From positions 26,801 through 90,800 of the forward strand of contig DAOORA010000005.1 in assembly GCA_035389045.1 (NCBI GenBank): 64,000 nt of DNA. Direction: 5' to 3'. This DNA is from Bacteroidales bacterium (GTDB lineage: Bacteria > Bacteroidota > Bacteroidia > Bacteroidales > CAIWKO01). Made by a program: the position numbers and the translations under genes. The notes beneath the pieces were generated by a model, which ran no database searches, was not told the DNA's origin, and worked only from the letters and a program-made list of their open reading frames with translations. Shown here in pieces: positions 63,958 to 64,000 of the stretch; positions within the stretch are counted from its first letter, which is position 1, and each line of letters opens with the position of its first letter.

Positions 63958-64000
63958 AATAATATTATTTTGCAAAATTACAAATTTTTTATGGACTCTG

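Noticed and set aside
1-64000. Search for tRNA, rRNA, tmRNA, RNase P RNA, SRP RNA and riboswitches in intergenic regions
   Set aside because: By eye I could not find conserved signatures such as T-loop GGTTCGAATCC contexts with acceptor stems or the RNase P GAGGAAAGTCC. A covariance-model scan (Infernal/Rfam, tRNAscan-SE) is needed to be sure, particularly for 15716-16310 and 55259-56441.

Overview
This window looks like a Bacteroidota chromosomal segment. Five proteins end in Por-type T9SS C-terminal sorting domains, there is a TonB-dependent receptor, several starts are preceded by exact TAnnTTTG -7 boxes, and leaders lack Shine-Dalgarno-like sequences. I call 44 protein-coding genes and found no rRNA or tRNA by eye. 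Housekeeping genes are folD-queE, ffh, ogt, ndk, nrnA, an FKBP PPIase, mutL, a Pif1-like helicase and an ECF sigma/anti-sigma pair. They are interleaved with many secreted or outer-membrane proteins: C10 and M6 proteases, a LamG protein, a BNR propeller, a 1183-aa triple-repeat surface protein, and two tandem paralogous propeller proteins. There are also small AT-rich accessory islets: a RelE-like two-gene module and Fic + RhuM. The most unusual content is non-coding. (1) A RAYT-type HUH/Y1 transposase is bracketed by arrays of a 35-nt head-to-tail repeat ending in a hairpin (REPtron-like). (2) An orphan pair of 36-nt direct repeats is separated by 30 nt, which is CRISPR-like geometry with no cas genes in the window. 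(3) Mosaic intergenic elements recur across many intergenic regions. They include blocks bounded by TTTTTTGAGGTGC inverted termini, 'AATATTACGG + GC hairpin' modules, and short tandem 'word' repeats such as GCGTCTTTGCGAGAAA, CCTTTGTG, TACGAAT and GTTATCA. (4) A ~1.1-kb AT-rich stretch has no credible ORF but has recurring 10-20-mers. No functional claim about these elements can be verified from sequence alone. The specific searches needed are listed with each finding.
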